From a virus (lineage: Duplodnaviria > Caudoviricetes), in IMG/VR virus record IMGVR_UViG_3300037722_001348, positions 1 to 26,151 of that record: a stretch of 26,151 nucleotides of DNA, one strand, 5' to 3'. Shown piece by piece: positions 25,669-26,151 of this stretch (position 1 is its first letter; each line of letters opens with the position of its first letter). The notes beneath the pieces were generated by a model. The model was not told the DNA's origin. It was given only the letters and a program-made list of their open reading frames with translations, and ran no database searches. The translations under genes were made by a program, and so were the position numbers.

Positions 25669-26151
25669 TTACAGCAGGTGGTCCCACATCGGATGACGGA
25701 AGGATCCGTCGCGAGTTCGCTCACGAAATGAGATTACGAGCTTCCGTCCTATCCATTCGTCCGACCCCACTGCGAAGGTTTTCAACCAGTCTCCGTTCAG
25801 CGTCTTGACGCTGGTTTCGACTCCCGTCTCGTCGTCCCGGAGGAAGACCATCGAGTGGGGGCCATTGAGGCCGGGGAGGAAGCCGAGGATCGTACAGGTG
25901 GCGGAACCCTTGCGGACGCACTTGATCCAGTCTTTGCTTCGCTTCCCGGGTGAGTACTTCGCGTCTCGTCGCTTGAGTACCCCACCTTCGCCCCGATACT
26001 CCCAGATCCGTGCGAGTGATTCGACGGTCGGTTCGAACTGCAGGGAGAGCTGGAGGATGGAGTCATCCTCAACCTTTAGGCAGGCTGCTTCGAGAAGCTG
26101 ACGTCGGTAGTGCCCTGGCTGATCCATGGCAGGAGCATTCTCCACCATGAG
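25669..26151 (-). CDS. ATP-dependent DNA ligase, C-terminal part (runs off the window)
   Basis: EGGVLK (motif IV), YSPGKRSKDWIK (motif V), OB fold and FRHP (motif VI); frame open to the window edge. Confidence 0.9.
   Translation of the reverse strand, partial: LMVENAPAMDQPGHYRRQLLEAACLKVEDDSILQLSLQFEPTVESLARIWEYRGEGGVLKRRDAKYSPGKRSKDWIKCVRKGSATCTILGFLPGLNGPHSMVFLRDDETGVETSVKTLNGDWLKTFAVGSDEWIGRKLVISFRERTRDGSFRHPMWDHLL

Larger units (their letters stand above)
1..26151. mobile_element. Tailed dsDNA bacteriophage (or prophage) genome segment, siphovirus-like
   Basis: Canonical order terS-terL-portal-scaffold-capsid-connectors-tail tube-chaperone-tape measure-tail tip-lysis. No host genes, att site or integrase visible. 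Confidence 0.96.

Noticed and set aside
1-26151. tRNA, rRNA, CRISPR array, integrase/att site
   Set aside because: None detected by eye; the only tandem repeats found are coding.

Overview
This window is a segment of a GC-rich tailed dsDNA phage (siphovirus-type morphogenesis; no sheath or integrase seen). Almost all genes are on the + strand. It opens with a cluster of small early-type genes (SWIM finger, two other Cys-rich mini-proteins, a ribbon-helix-helix protein) behind sigma70-like promoters. Next come terS, terL, portal, scaffold, a P22-type major capsid, two paralogous decoration-like proteins, head-tail joining genes, tail tube, a frameshifted tail chaperone, tape measure and the tail tip. 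A lysis region follows (holin-like protein, M15 endolysin, an exported poly-Pro protein, a trypsin-like protease, an alpha/beta hydrolase), and the window ends in the 3' part of a convergent ATP-dependent DNA ligase. The most unusual observation is that the tail-tip hub protein appears split in two: its first ~74 aa end the PKD-domain gene (16155-17756) and the rest follows a repeat stalk in 20448-22316, with a ~3.2 kb appendage cassette in between. Also notable are a densely structured ~200-nt RNA-like element between the tail tube and chaperone genes, and the protease plus esterase extension of the lysis cassette. Family assignments come from motif recognition by eye and gene order, not from database searches.
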